This document shows positions 43,266 to 55,806 of a DNA stretch of 64,000 nt, piece after piece; positions within the stretch are counted from its first letter, which is position 1; each line of letters begins with the position of its first letter. The stretch comes from Eledone cirrhosa (lineage: Eukaryota). The stretch spans positions 57,598,001 to 57,662,000 of the forward strand of contig OZ024747.1 in the NCBI GenBank assembly GCA_964016885.1. The letters are read 5' to 3'. A program made the translations under genes and the position numbers. The notes under the pieces were generated by a model, which saw nothing but the letters and a program-made list of their open reading frames with translations, was not told where the DNA came from and did no database searches.

Positions 43266-44374
43266 ATATTGATCGTGTTCACCATATGGTGAACACTAAC
43301 AACTCTGGTGCCTTAAAGCCCAGATTTGAAATATGTACCGGCTGATTAAAGCGTAGTAAGGGGCTTTTATTATCTCTTCTTACTTCGTAGTTACTGTAAC
43401 TGGATCACACATAGTTCATCAAAAGATAAACGCATTCTTTGACAAAATATTGTAAACGTGCGGCACACAAAAAACACGAAACCAACGGCGTTGAAACATT
43501 TATGGAACTAAAACAAGTTATCTCCATACACAATAATCTGGAATGAAATAAAAAGGATTTAAGTAAATGCAAAACAAAGTGAAGTTATGAACAAATATAT
43601 ATACGTTTATTTATTTATATAAAATCTATTGAATGGTTGAACATGAACGCTGCATGATATCTAATTATGATATTTGTCTTCTCATAACGACCACTAATTC
43701 TGCTCTACACAGAGTATTCCTGTGTGCTTTCTCTTAATTATTCTATTATTATTGATACGTATATATTTCATAGGATTTTAGACTATTGGATACGTAATGT
43801 CAGGTTGAGATTTCTACACGAAACGTAGTACTATTTTTCATTACCCTGTATATATGTGAATGTGTGCGTGCGTATCTGTCTACCCGTGTAAGCGTGATCA
43901 TGTGCTTACGTGAGTGTGATTATGTCTGTGTGTGTGTGTGTGTGTGTATGTATTTTTGTGCATCTGTATTCTTATGTAAGTGTGGAAATATGTGCGCGAA
44001 CGTGTGGATGTCTGCTTATGTATGTATACATCAGTGATTGAAATGAAGTTTAGACCATTCAACTTTAACAGTATCGTCATGATAGCAACGCCATGCTGTG
44101 TATTATAAAGACACTGTTGCTCGGAAGCATACATCTACGTAAAGGCATATGAGTAGGTTTGTAATTTCTGTTTCAGCATTGAATATTCTTGAAGGAAATA
44201 TTAAAATAATGCAGTAGCATGCGATTTCAATTGTTGTTTTTGTACAATTAATTGGAGATGGAGAAACATAGTAAGACATATGAAAAGGGAGAAGAAACAC
44301 ATGGATAAGTCGATGCAAAACTGCAGTTGTTGGTGTATAACTCAGGTCAACAATGATTCTACTTCTTCTTCACC

Positions 44375-44635
44375 CATTTATTCCAGAGAGGGTCGTGTGG
44401 GCAGTGTCCTCAAACACTCATTCCAGCGGGTCTTGTCAGAAGCAAACGTCCCCCAATGATCTGACCGGATCCCCAAGTGAGACCAGCAAAGTTCATGGAT
44501 ATTATCCAGCCATCTTGCTCAGGGTCTACCCCTGGGTCTCCTGCCAGCTGGTTTTGCTCGAAAAATCTGTCCAAGGATTCTTTCCTGAGATATTCTACCC
44601 ACATTTCCATAGCATCGGAGCTGGGATGACTCACT
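44375..44635 (-). mobile_element. RTE-like LINE 3' end (homologue at 48815-49055, plus)
   Basis: Minus frame RPRGRPRARWLDNIHELCWSHLGI, ending in a GAAGAAG tail. Confidence 0.7.
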
Positions 44636-45378
44636 GATTGATTAGGTAAAACAAATAAAAAATCACCCCCCAATGTAAAACAATATATTGAAAGCGGTTT
44701 ATAAATTTCAAATTTCAATCTAATTTCAAAGAGAAGACCGGAACTTTTCTTTTCTCTGAGAGCTCTCTCTACTCTGTCGAAGGGAATGTTAAGTCCGAAA
44801 ATATTAGGTCGAAAAAAAAAAAATACAACAAATATTACCAGGTAACTAACCTTTTGTGACATTCATCTTACCATCCATCTTGCATTGTTTAGCCTTATTA
44901 CATATATCACTTTCCACATTAATATATCCGAATCTATTCCAGCCATATCCAGTTCTTATTTTAAATATTTGCCACTGCAATATCAAATTTGTACTTTCTT
45001 ATTTAACAACAATGTGTATAAAATGTATGAAGACTGGTCTGCAAACTTTAGGTGGTACAGCTATGATGTAATCATTCCTTGTTTGGCTAACTCAACTAGT
45101 GCAGGTCTGAAGAACCAATTATTCCACACTTATTGGGCCGTATTAACTCATCCCTAGAATATTCGGTGTTCAAGTATTTAGGGCCTTCATTGGTCTGTCA
45201 AAAATTCATCTCAATAGAAGAACAAATTACAGGCCTCCTGGGACCTGCGACCTAGTCAGCTGCATAGTGCCTTGCTGACAGATAGATCATAAATGTTTAT
45301 CAAGTTCTCATTGAGTCCAGTGTGATGTTTCTAATGTTCTCATGCGACTCATTACCAAAGAGGGTAAATATGCCAATA

Positions 45379-45454
<76 letters not shown>

Positions 45455-45642
45455 CATCTGCGTGTCCTTCTCTCTCAGTATGTATATGTGTGTGCATGTT
45501 TATACACACACACACATCTATATATTTGTGTGTAATAGTGAGAAGTGTTTTGTTATAATGAAAATAACTGAAGCCACACAATATAAAATTACATACACAC
45601 AGTCACACGCGCATACAAACACACACACACACACACACACAT

Positions 45643-45689
<47 letters not shown>

Positions 45690-46831
45690 CAAATCACGTA
45701 ATTTAATGGTATTTCGTATTATACTTTTAGTACTGCAGACGACATATTTGTAGAAGATGATGTCGAAAATCTTCAAATATAAGTAGCCATTTCTATGAAA
45801 TTGTTAAGATTTTTTCAACTTGAAATATCACGACATTATATAAAATTATAATTTATATGAAAATATATAGTTTTACATGGCTTCCGTTTACTCCTTATGT
45901 ATGTATGTATATGTATATGTATATATGCATATATCTGTGTGTGTATGTGCTTGAATGTGTCTGTATGTATATGTATACGTATGTATGTGTGTATAGAGAC
46001 ATACCTAGTTGCATACACATAGACGACGAGAGGCGACTTAATAAAGTAACCGTTATATATATATATACATCTAAAGTATGTAAAGAAAGCAAGATATAGT
46101 AAGAGCGGGTGGTGGGATGGATGGGGAAAGTAAGAGATATACAGTGCAGGAGCGCACGAGGAATATACGTTTGTAAAGTGTACTTAAAATACAGTTAATG
46201 TCTATGACAAAAAATAAAAGAAACAACGAACTTGTAGAATTATCTTTGAAAGCAGCGATGCCATTTACCATTAACCATTTACCAATTGTTTGAAATGTAT
46301 GTCAGTTTATCTCTAGATTACTTTATAACCGAGTATATGTGGACGTTCTCTAATATCTCATATTGTTTTGCTATTTGTGTAAGGGCGAGTATCTAGTAAT
46401 TAAGTTGAGTGATATATCTAAGCTATTATGATATATATGCTTCACTCGTTCACACGCACTGACACATTGAAAGCAAACACACACCTACACACACATACAC
46501 ACTTACAAACACACACATATAAACACACGCACATAGACGCATTGAGAGTCAATAATACTCAAGTACGGACGTACGAACGTAAGTACTCACATACGCTGTT
46601 AGAGATATGCACATATTCATTCAGATTTAAACATTCATAACCTCATATATACAAATCTACGCACTTCTTTTACATCGTCACACACATCTGCATACTCATA
46701 TTTGTGTACATGTGTACATATATGTTTATAGTTAAATATTTAAATGAAACTATATTTAAATATCTAAACACATTAATCTCTATGTACTATATATGTGGTT
46801 GTATGAATATACGCACACATACACAAACACA

Positions 46832-46902
<71 letters not shown>

Positions 46903-46933
46903 ACACCTCTCTACATATATATATTTATTTATT

Positions 46934-46967
<34 letters not shown>

Positions 46968-46968
46968 A

Positions 46969-47007
<39 letters not shown>

Positions 47008-47060
47008 AATAAATATATATATATACAAATAAATAGATATATATATACAAATAAATATAT

Positions 47061-47091
<31 letters not shown>

Positions 47092-47116
47092 CAGACATAT
47101 ATATACATGTATATAT

Positions 47117-47203
<87 letters not shown>

Positions 47204-47224
47204 CATATATATACATGTATATAT

Positions 47225-47284
<60 letters not shown>

Positions 47285-47300
47285 ATATAAACAAATATAT

Positions 47301-47635
47301 ATATGACCCTCCCAAAGCATAACAATATATTTATTTGTATATATATATATATATATATACAAATAAATATATTGTTATGCTTTGGGAGGGTCATATTGCC
47401 AGTAAGAAACACACGCACCAATTGCTTTCACTTCAACATGACCCTCCCAAAGCATAACAATATCGGTTTATCCCGCCGAGGTTGACTTTGCCTTTCATCC
47501 TTACGGGGTCGATAAAATAAAGTACCAGTAATGAACTGAGTTATTGCTGGCCTTGTGCCTAAAGTAGAAACAAAAATATCGGTTTAAACACACATTTTCA
47601 AATCTTGCTAAACAAATTCAGAAACCAAATAAATA
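47301..47635. mobile_element. PLE-end family C composite, interrupted by a truncated SINE (47470-47574)
   Basis: GACCCTCCCAAAGCATAACAATAT occurs three times in mixed orientation. SINE flanked by the duplication AATATCGGTTTA. Confidence 0.8.
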
Positions 47636-47674
<39 letters not shown>

Positions 47675-47725
47675 CTGCTCCAACAAGGGTATGTCAATAT
47701 TTATTTATAAAACTGCTCTATATTA

Positions 47726-47790
47726 TATTTTATCTGATGAAAGCACACCATAATTTAACTTGGTGTCCTTGAAATATGTATAATGAAATA
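47726..47790 (+). ncRNA. Type-I hammerhead ribozyme (family D, covariant copy)
   Basis: TATTTTAT CTGATGA AAGCACACCA TAATTTAACT TGGTGTCCTT GAAA TATGTA TA ATGAAATA. Confidence 0.85.
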
Positions 47791-47832
47791 AATATGGTTT
47801 TAGAAATATAGTTTCTATTTGTTTATATATCG

Positions 47833-47867
<35 letters not shown>

Positions 47868-48161
47868 CTATGGATGCTTTTTATCTTAATGGGTCTACCC
47901 TTGAAATTGTCTGCATTTTGAGATAGTTATTTTGTTTTCAGATAAATCAATTGGGTCACTACAATACTAATACAATACACATACAGACATATATCTACGC
48001 GCACCCACACATACACACGCACACGCACACGCATACATATACACATACACACACACACATATATATATTTATATTTCTTTGTGTAAAATGTTAATAGAAA
48101 TAACAATGCAAACGACATAGTACAGTGAAGAAATATATAACACTTGAAATAATGGGAAAAG

Positions 48162-48201
48162 TATCTGAATATTTCGGACACTACTCCTTCATCAGGAGAT
48201 A
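48162..48201 (-). ncRNA. Minimal hammerhead-like motif
   Basis: TATCTC CTGATGA A GGA GTAGTG TCC GAAA TAT TC AGATA. Stem I register is off by one. Confidence 0.55.
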
Positions 48202-49703
48202 GAACGGGAAATAGATGGAATGGGGAGATAGAGAGTAAGAAGAGGGAGTAATGGGGAAAAATGAGAAAAAGAAAAACACATATTTCTCAAGAGTGCTTGC
48301 TGTTTTCCTCCTTGTCCTCTCATATGTGGCATTTATAGTCCTTTCCACTTCTTTCCTTTAAAGCCAGATCTGCCTTTCTTTACCACTTTCCCTCCATTTT
48401 CACTACTTAATTTGTTTTTGTCTTTTTTTAAATATTTCCATCATTGTATAACTTTTGTTTTTAAAATATAGTTGACATAATATGTTTATACTTAACAGAT
48501 AACAAAATAAAATTGATTTCCATTTGCAATGCCGCCGCACAGGCCTTAATAGGAATCAATAAGAATAATTCATATTCATCGGGCTTGTAAAAGTTTCTTA
48601 TTTTATAAATGTCCTTAGAAATATGCACGTTCCTGAAAATGGCAAAATTTGAAATTAAAAATTTATCAATTCTAAGAACTCATGAGGACCCAATCCCGAG
48701 TTCCTGCTGGCGATTAGTGCTACAGTTGAGTTAACTTGAAGTGAAGTGCCTGTTGAAGGAGACAAGACACCGCCCAGTCAGTCCGGGAATCAAACTTATG
48801 ATTCTGAGACCAGGTTAGAATGTCTCAGGAAAGAATACCTGGACAGATTTTATGGGCAAAGCAAACCGGCATGAGACCCATGGGTCCACCCCGCGCAAAA
48901 TGGTTGGATAACATCCATGAGCATGGCTGGTCGCGCTTGGGATTCTAGTCGGATCAGTTGGAGACACTTGCTTCTGACAGGACCCGTTGAAAGGAGTGTT
49001 TGAGGATTGTGCCCCCACGACCCTCTCAGGAATAAGTAAGCGAAGAAGAAGATTCTGTGACCGACAGACTAACATGTAGACAGCTCCTCTTTATATAAAT
49101 CCTTGTTGACCTTGATTTATACACTACCAACAAAAGCAACAGCAAAACAACAAGAGTAAAATTACAACAGGTAGAAGTGAATCATTGTGCAATCTAATCA
49201 GGGTGATGCCATTCATAGGTTATTTGTATTGAAGCATCAAGTGGAATGTCGCAGTAAATAAACTGCGTGGAAGGACAAACAAACAAATTCCAAAACACAA
49301 ACAAAAGTAAACAACAACAACAATGAAGAAAACATAGAGAAATAAGAAAAATAATGCAAGAAAATTATGAATATGAATAAAAAAAAAATGTAAAAATAGG
49401 AATATTTTCACTAAGTGAGAAATTAGTTTTATTGACAGGCAGACAACAAGTAAAAATAGAAGCCATTAGCTTGGGAGAGATTTTAATGGTTTTTCATTAT
49501 AGAAAACAATACGTATGTGCTATATTTGCATCCTGGAGTTGGAAATGTTGGTGCCAAAGATAAATTCTTATTGACAGTCAGAGAAAATGTTACTGAAGAC
49601 ATGACATGTTGTAGACACCAGAGGGCAATGAGTTACGAAACGAAATATTTCCCATACAAACAGACATGCACACATATACACACAAACAAGAGGACGAACA
49701 CAC

Positions 49704-49747
<44 letters not shown>

Positions 49748-49929
49748 TTAATATATTTATATATACACAAGCACATACACACACACACACAAACACACAC
49801 ATATATACATACATACGTGTATGTATGAATGCTTATATATAAATCTATATGTATGTACACGTGTGCGTTTGTGCGTGAGTGAAATTTATCATGTACCTTC
49901 TACACTCAATGTAATGAATACCTTCTTTA

Positions 49930-50118
49930 TCTATATTATTATTGAAATGACTTCTACAGGACTAGAACCGTTTCATTCATAAAAGCAACAAGTGATGATT
50001 TCTTACGAATGAAACGGTTAGCAGTCATATCTATAATAAAATAAATATGCTTTTACACTACAACCGTATTGAATACCTTTTTATATGTTCACCTCGCCTG
50101 GTATACAACGGAAATCCA
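49930..50118. mobile_element. PLE-end family F, short fold-back with truncated hammerhead (fragment also at 4951-4978)
   Basis: 49992-50020 reads gTGATGA T TTC TTAC GAA T GAAA CGGT TA; inverted partner AACCGTTTCATTC at 49966-49978. Confidence 0.55.
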
Positions 50119-50125
50119 TATATAT

Positions 50126-50164
50126 ATGGATTGTCCCTTGTTTAAGCTTTCCTGTTATTTCTAA

Positions 50165-50216
<52 letters not shown>

Positions 50217-50255
50217 TTAGAAATAACAGGAAAGCTTAAACAAGGGACAATCCAT
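50126..50255. repeat. Perfect inverted repeat (about 45-bp arms) centred on (TA)n
   Basis: ATGGATTGTCCCTTGTTTAAGCTTTCCTGTTATTTCTAAATATAA and its reverse complement. Confidence 0.9.
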
Positions 50256-50639
50256 TCTTCAGTTGTCTGCTGGAGGTCATCGACATTTCAACCCATTAAA
50301 GACAAAGGTCTTCTGGAGACTTCTGGTGTCCTTGGTCCTAGGACCACCTCCTTGTTCACCAACATCGGCACGGAGTGGGCGGATGTGGGCCTCGCTCACC
50401 ATCCTCCGGGGAAACACCATCCCTATTCTGTCTGCCGGGGCTGCGGGTGGCCAGTGAGCGGAACCTCATTTGCTTGAGAGATGAGGTGAGTGAGAGAGAC
50501 GGAGGCAGTGACTATACCAGCATTGCTGAAGTATTTTGTAGAATAAAAAGTTAAATAATTTTTTTTCATTTCCTTATTCAACTGTTACTTTTTATATTTT
50601 GTGAATGTAACTTTTTCATCATCATCATCATCATCCGGC

Positions 50640-51040
50640 AGTCTCAGCCGAAATCGACTCAACAATTGATCTCGACGTGGCTCTATCGTTCATTGCCGCC
50701 GTCAAATCCTGGACCAAATTCAAGACCAGAATCTCTGGAGATGACATCGGGATACGAGAGCTTGCACCCCCTGTTATTATTGGTCAGCTTGCAACAAGAT
50801 GGATCGAGTTTGGCGCTCAAATCTTTCCAATCACACCAAAATCAGACTCTTCCAAAGTAACAAAAGCGCCTTGATGACACCTACACTCGCCTGCTTCAGC
50901 GCATTCAGAACATAAGCTGGCGACATCTGACTTTGAAAGAAACATATGCCGGCCTCCAACGCATATCTGTCATTGTATGTAAAAGGAGAGTCAGATTAGC
51001 TAGCCCCTGCCAACGTGACACCTATGAGGCTGTCTCCCCA
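50640..51040 (+). mobile_element. Decayed RTE-X-like LINE fragments
   Basis: LDDTYTRLLQRIQNISWRHLTLKETYAGLQRISVIVCKRRVRLASPCQR at about 50870-51020. Confidence 0.65.
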
Positions 51041-52032
51041 TTAGTAACTTTATAAGGACTCAGAAGGAAATACTTGTCAAACATAGATTCTGTATAATTC
51101 GAAACGATTCATTCTGTAAGAATTATAAGCAATTTTTGACTGTAATTTTGAAAACTTGACGCCGTAAACGGTGATATCATATTTCCACAAAAAATAATTT
51201 AAAAGAATAGAAAAAAAAGATTTCTCTTTGCTTCGGTGGCTTATTCACATCAAAACTACATTGATTTCTAAAATGGTTAGAAATCATATCTTAAGTAGAA
51301 CACTGATGAGTATATACACATACACACACACACTGTAACACATATACACACTTACACATACTTACACGCACACACAAACACAGACACATGCACATACATG
51401 CAATACATGCACAGATACACGATTACACACGCACTTAAACACACACTTATGCACATACACACATACTCATATTGACACACGCAGAGATACACTCAAACAC
51501 ATATTCACCTAGACACACAAACACACACGCAAATATATACACAGAGCAGACACACACACACTGACACTCACACACACATTAAACACGCGCGCACACACAC
51601 TCAAACAAACACATATATATATACACTCATATATATTTATATAAATATATACACATAAATATTGAATTATGCATATGTTTGTGCGTGTGGATACATACAT
51701 ATATACGCACATTAAATAAATCAATATATGCATACGTATATACGTGTATGCGTGTATGTATATGTGTGTTTATTTACGTGTGTCTATATATAAACAGAAT
51801 AGGTTTCATAGTAAATGGTATTAGTTGAAGTTATAAATAAAGTAACGTTGAATATAACATATCATTAGTTCATGGTGTAGTCAAACTAAGCACTCCAACC
51901 ACCTTAATATCCACTATCAGACCCTTAATATCCACTACCTCTCTCCCACACAGTCTCTACCTACATGCCTACCTATCTACATCTCTCTCTCTCTCTCTCT
52001 CTCTGTATATATATATATATATATATATATAC

Positions 52033-52080
<48 letters not shown>

Positions 52081-52132
52081 TAGATATAGACATATATAGA
52101 TGTATATATATATAGATGTATATATATAGATG

Positions 52133-52192
<60 letters not shown>

Positions 52193-52503
52193 TGTCTGCC
52201 TCTCTTTCTCTCTATCTATCACACACCTTTTTTGTATTTCGTTGTGTTTATCACAAGAGTTCATTAATTGGCTTCGAAGACGGGGATTCTGAAGTGGTCT
52301 GCTATTATATTTTAAATCGAGACACACAGGATTTGAATACACCCACATATATGTGTGTTTGTGTGTGGGTTCTGGCTGTGTATAAATATGCATACAGGAA
52401 TGTATTCACGTATATACACATATATAATCACTCAAACAGTTATATATATTTATGTACATGAACATATGTTTCTTTGTCTGCATACATATATGTCCTTGCC
52501 TAT

Positions 52504-52613
<110 letters not shown>

Positions 52614-52706
52614 CAATATATGTATCAATCCTTGTGACAATCACTTTCACCATATATGGAATTACCCCCTGAGAAGCTCGGATATTCATATACCAGGATA
52701 ACAATT

Positions 52707-52852
52707 TTCATTTAGTCCAGAATTAGCCGTCGAAACGGCTTGAGCTCAGCCGTCGGGGTCCTACTCGTTCCTATTACCCACTCTACTACCCTAAGTATTG
52801 AGTACTTTGGTGCTTTATGGTCCACCTCGTTCCTTACCACATTTCCTTCGTT
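52707..52852 (+). mobile_element. Family A copy
   Basis: Only a few substitutions relative to 5455-5600; followed by (TA)n. Confidence 0.8.
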
Positions 52853-53187
52853 ATATATATATATATATTGGTTTTTAGACATTTATATATGTACATATAT
52901 ATTTGCGTGTTTGTGTTTGTGCATGAGTGTGTGAGTATATATGATTATTGTTAACCGACAGCTAAAATTGTGTCTCGGTTTACCATGAGTGGAAGGTAAA
53001 CCAAGGTTATTTAAGTTATGAAGTATAGTCTATCAGCACCATAACCACAAATTTACATAATCTCTTTTACGACGCCAGATATCTACGAAGGCAAACAAAC
53101 GCTCATTATGAGGTACATAAACAACAATGATTATAGAGAAAACACTCACACACAGACACACACACACACATATATATATATTTATAT

Positions 53188-53230
<43 letters not shown>

Positions 53231-53513
53231 AACGCGAATATATATATATGTGTGCATGTATGTATAAATATACATACTACTGTACGTCTGTATACATATA
53301 TGTATGTACGTATACTTACATACATACTTACATTTAAGTAAGTGCCGTACTAAGAGTGAGAAATGAAATTTCGTTTCATTCTATTCCATTTATCGTTTTC
53401 GGTGCGCCCGGCCGACTAAACTCACTCGATATGCAAATTAGGCTGCTCAGCCGTTAATATGCAAAAGGAAAGTATATACTTTCAGACGTTCAACCATCTG
53501 GCAGGAAGGTATA

Positions 53514-53554
53514 CAATGCTGACGATAGCTAATAAGCTTGAAACTAGTACATCG
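53514..53554 (+). ncRNA. Minimal type-I hammerhead with U10.1-U11.1, inside a roughly 280-bp insert (53394-53677)
   Basis: CAATG CTGACGA T AGCT AATA AGCT T GAAA CTAG TA CATCG. Confidence 0.75.
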
Positions 53555-53850
53555 TTCCTGTGTCAGTGTTGAACAAAAAGGTGACGTGGTTGCCTAAATA
53601 CTGTACGGCGTAATTCGGGCTGTTTGTTTACAAACAAACCGAGCATTATAATAAATGTTCGGTAAACCGATACGTGCATATATATATGTGTGCATGTATG
53701 TATAAATATACATACGACTGTACGTCTGTATACATATATGTATGTACGTATACATACATACTTACATTTAAGTAACTGCCGTAATAAGAGTGAGAAATGA
53801 AATTTTGTTTCATTCTATTCCATTTATATATATATATATATATATATATT

Positions 53851-54213
53851 ATAAAGAAAAAAAGATGAAATCGAAAATGCAACTGGAGTCTTGTTTAAAA
53901 AATATATATATATTTATTTGGTTCCTTTACCGGTTTCGCAGTTCTTCTGCTTTTCAAGATAGAGTTGAGATGGAGGGTCTGTGGTTTTTCTCACATCTGA
54001 GAATGTGAGATGTGAGAAAAACCACAGACCCCCATCTCAACTCTACTTTTGAAAAGCAGAATAACTGTGAAACCGGTAAAGGAACCAAATAAATATATAT
54101 ATTTATTAGAAAATAAGACTGCAGTTGCATTTTCGATTTCATCTTTTTTTCTTTATACTTTCAATCGTGTAGGGCACCTCGGTTATTTTTGATTTTGTAA
54201 AAAAAACCTCACT

Positions 54214-54216
<3 letters not shown>
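53851..54216. mobile_element. Fold-back PLE end, family G (arms 53851-53998 / 54008-54157) plus tail
   Basis: About 148-bp inverted arms with (TA)n on both flanks. Confidence 0.85.
54046..54081 (+). ncRNA. Minimal hammerhead, U3-A8 core variant (mirror copy 53925-53960, minus)
   Basis: CTT TTGAAAA GCAG AATAA CTGT GAAA CCGG TA AAG; the mirror copy has GCAG/CTGC. Confidence 0.6.
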
Positions 54217-54293
<77 letters not shown>

Positions 54294-54297
<4 letters not shown>

Positions 54298-54726
54298 CGT
54301 TTCTGAATTTGTTTAGCAAGATTCTTTATCTGAAAATGTGTGTTGAAACCGATATTGTTATACTTTGGGAGGGTCATGTTGCCAATAAGAAACACACGCA
54401 CCAGTTGCTTTCACTTCAATTTATTATAAATTAAATTCATATTAGGAATTTATAAATTTCCGGTTGGTTCCACAACCAGACGATTGTTCATATATTGTCA
54501 AAGTTCTTTCGTCACACATTCTGTGACCTCTTCAGTGACTAGGGATTCTTTTCTTTGTTTTTGTGCCTCTCCTTTGACAATATATGAACAATCGTCTGGT
54601 TGTGGAACCAACCAACCAACCGGAAATTTATAAATTCCTAAATTTATGAATTTAATTTATAATAAATTGAAGTGAAACCAACTGGTGCGTGTGTTTCTTA
54701 TTGGCAACATGACCCTCCCTAAGTAT

Positions 54727-54734
<8 letters not shown>
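54294..54734. mobile_element. PLE-end family C fold-back
   Basis: Long arm on minus 54294-54576, short arm on plus 54572-54734, (TA)n on both sides. Confidence 0.85.
54497..54539 (-). ncRNA. Minimal hammerhead, family C
   Basis: GTCA CTGAAGA G GTCACA GAATG TGTGAC GAAA GAAC TT TGAC. Slightly mutated copy at about 61720-61762. Confidence 0.7.
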
Positions 54735-54792
<58 letters not shown>

Positions 54793-54823
54793 AGATCAAA
54801 AGATGGTTAAAGGAGTTCAATAT

Positions 54824-54892
54824 ATTTTATTATGCGCATTTCAAAAACAAACATCATCAAATAATAATATTTGTGTTTTCATCAGATAAAAC
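54824..54892 (-). ncRNA. Type-I hammerhead, family H, within a (TA)n-flanked insert (54790-54972)
   Basis: GTTTTAT CTGATGA AAACACAAATATTATTATTTGATGATGTTTGTTTTT GAAA TGCGCA TA ATAAAAT. Confidence 0.8.
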
Positions 54893-54970
54893 AGGAGAAC
54901 ATGATATGAAGGCTAAAAAAAACACTTGTTGATAGTGCAGTTTTATTGTACTACAATAAAACTCACCTCC

Positions 54971-55005
<35 letters not shown>

Positions 55006-55432
55006 CAGGAAAGGAGGTTTACATGGTTTGCTATACAAAAAAGTTTTTATTCACATAGCTTACATTTGTTTCACTGAACTGGTCTGTCTAGAGATCGCTA
55101 TCCGCCTAATTTTGCGTCATTCGATCGCCAATACAGAATTATAACCAGTCAGATCTTCGGAGCATGCGAGAATGAAGAAAATACACAGGCAAGAAAAGAA
55201 AAGAAAATATGGAGTAGTTATGGCATTCAATTAGAACAATAACAACAACAATTATTACAACAATGCTATCAATAAACTATTTAAGGAGACCCTGACATTA
55301 CTTAGGTGGGGGGTATATAATGTATCTAATGTTACGGCGTGAAAATCAGCTGTCATAAGGCAAAAAGTATCGTAGTGTGTATCAATTTTAAATTATAAAG
55401 ATAAGCTAGTATTTACAGTCTTTCTCTTCAAT

Positions 55433-55795
55433 AAAATACAAAATAGGGAGACGTGTAACTTCATACAATTTGATATAGACGACTATTATGCATCCATATC
55501 CCCAGCTACCCTAGATAAGGCGCTTATATTTGCCCAAAATAACTCTAATCTTACTCATGATGAAATTGAAATAATAATAGCGGCTAGAAGGACTATCGTA
55601 AAATTTGAAAATATCTACTGGGTAAGAAAGGATAGAATAAATAGCTTCGATATTACAATGGGATCAAATGATTCTGCGCAAATTACAGATATCGTGGGGC
55701 TATTCATAGCACACAACCTACATAAGGAATTCAGTAACCTCCAGGGAGGAATTTATAGGGACGACACGTTACTTATAGCTAGGATAAGAAGGTAA
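55433..55795 (+). pseudogene. PLE reverse transcriptase core fragment (absent from the ORF track)
   Basis: KIQNRETCNFIQFDIDDYYASIS (motif A), FDITMGSNDSAQITDIVG (motif B), GIYRDDTL (motif C). Then a deletion and frameshift near 55785 into DKKVNFLDVTLNL. Confidence 0.9.
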
Positions 55796-55806
55796 ACTTT
55801 CTAGAT

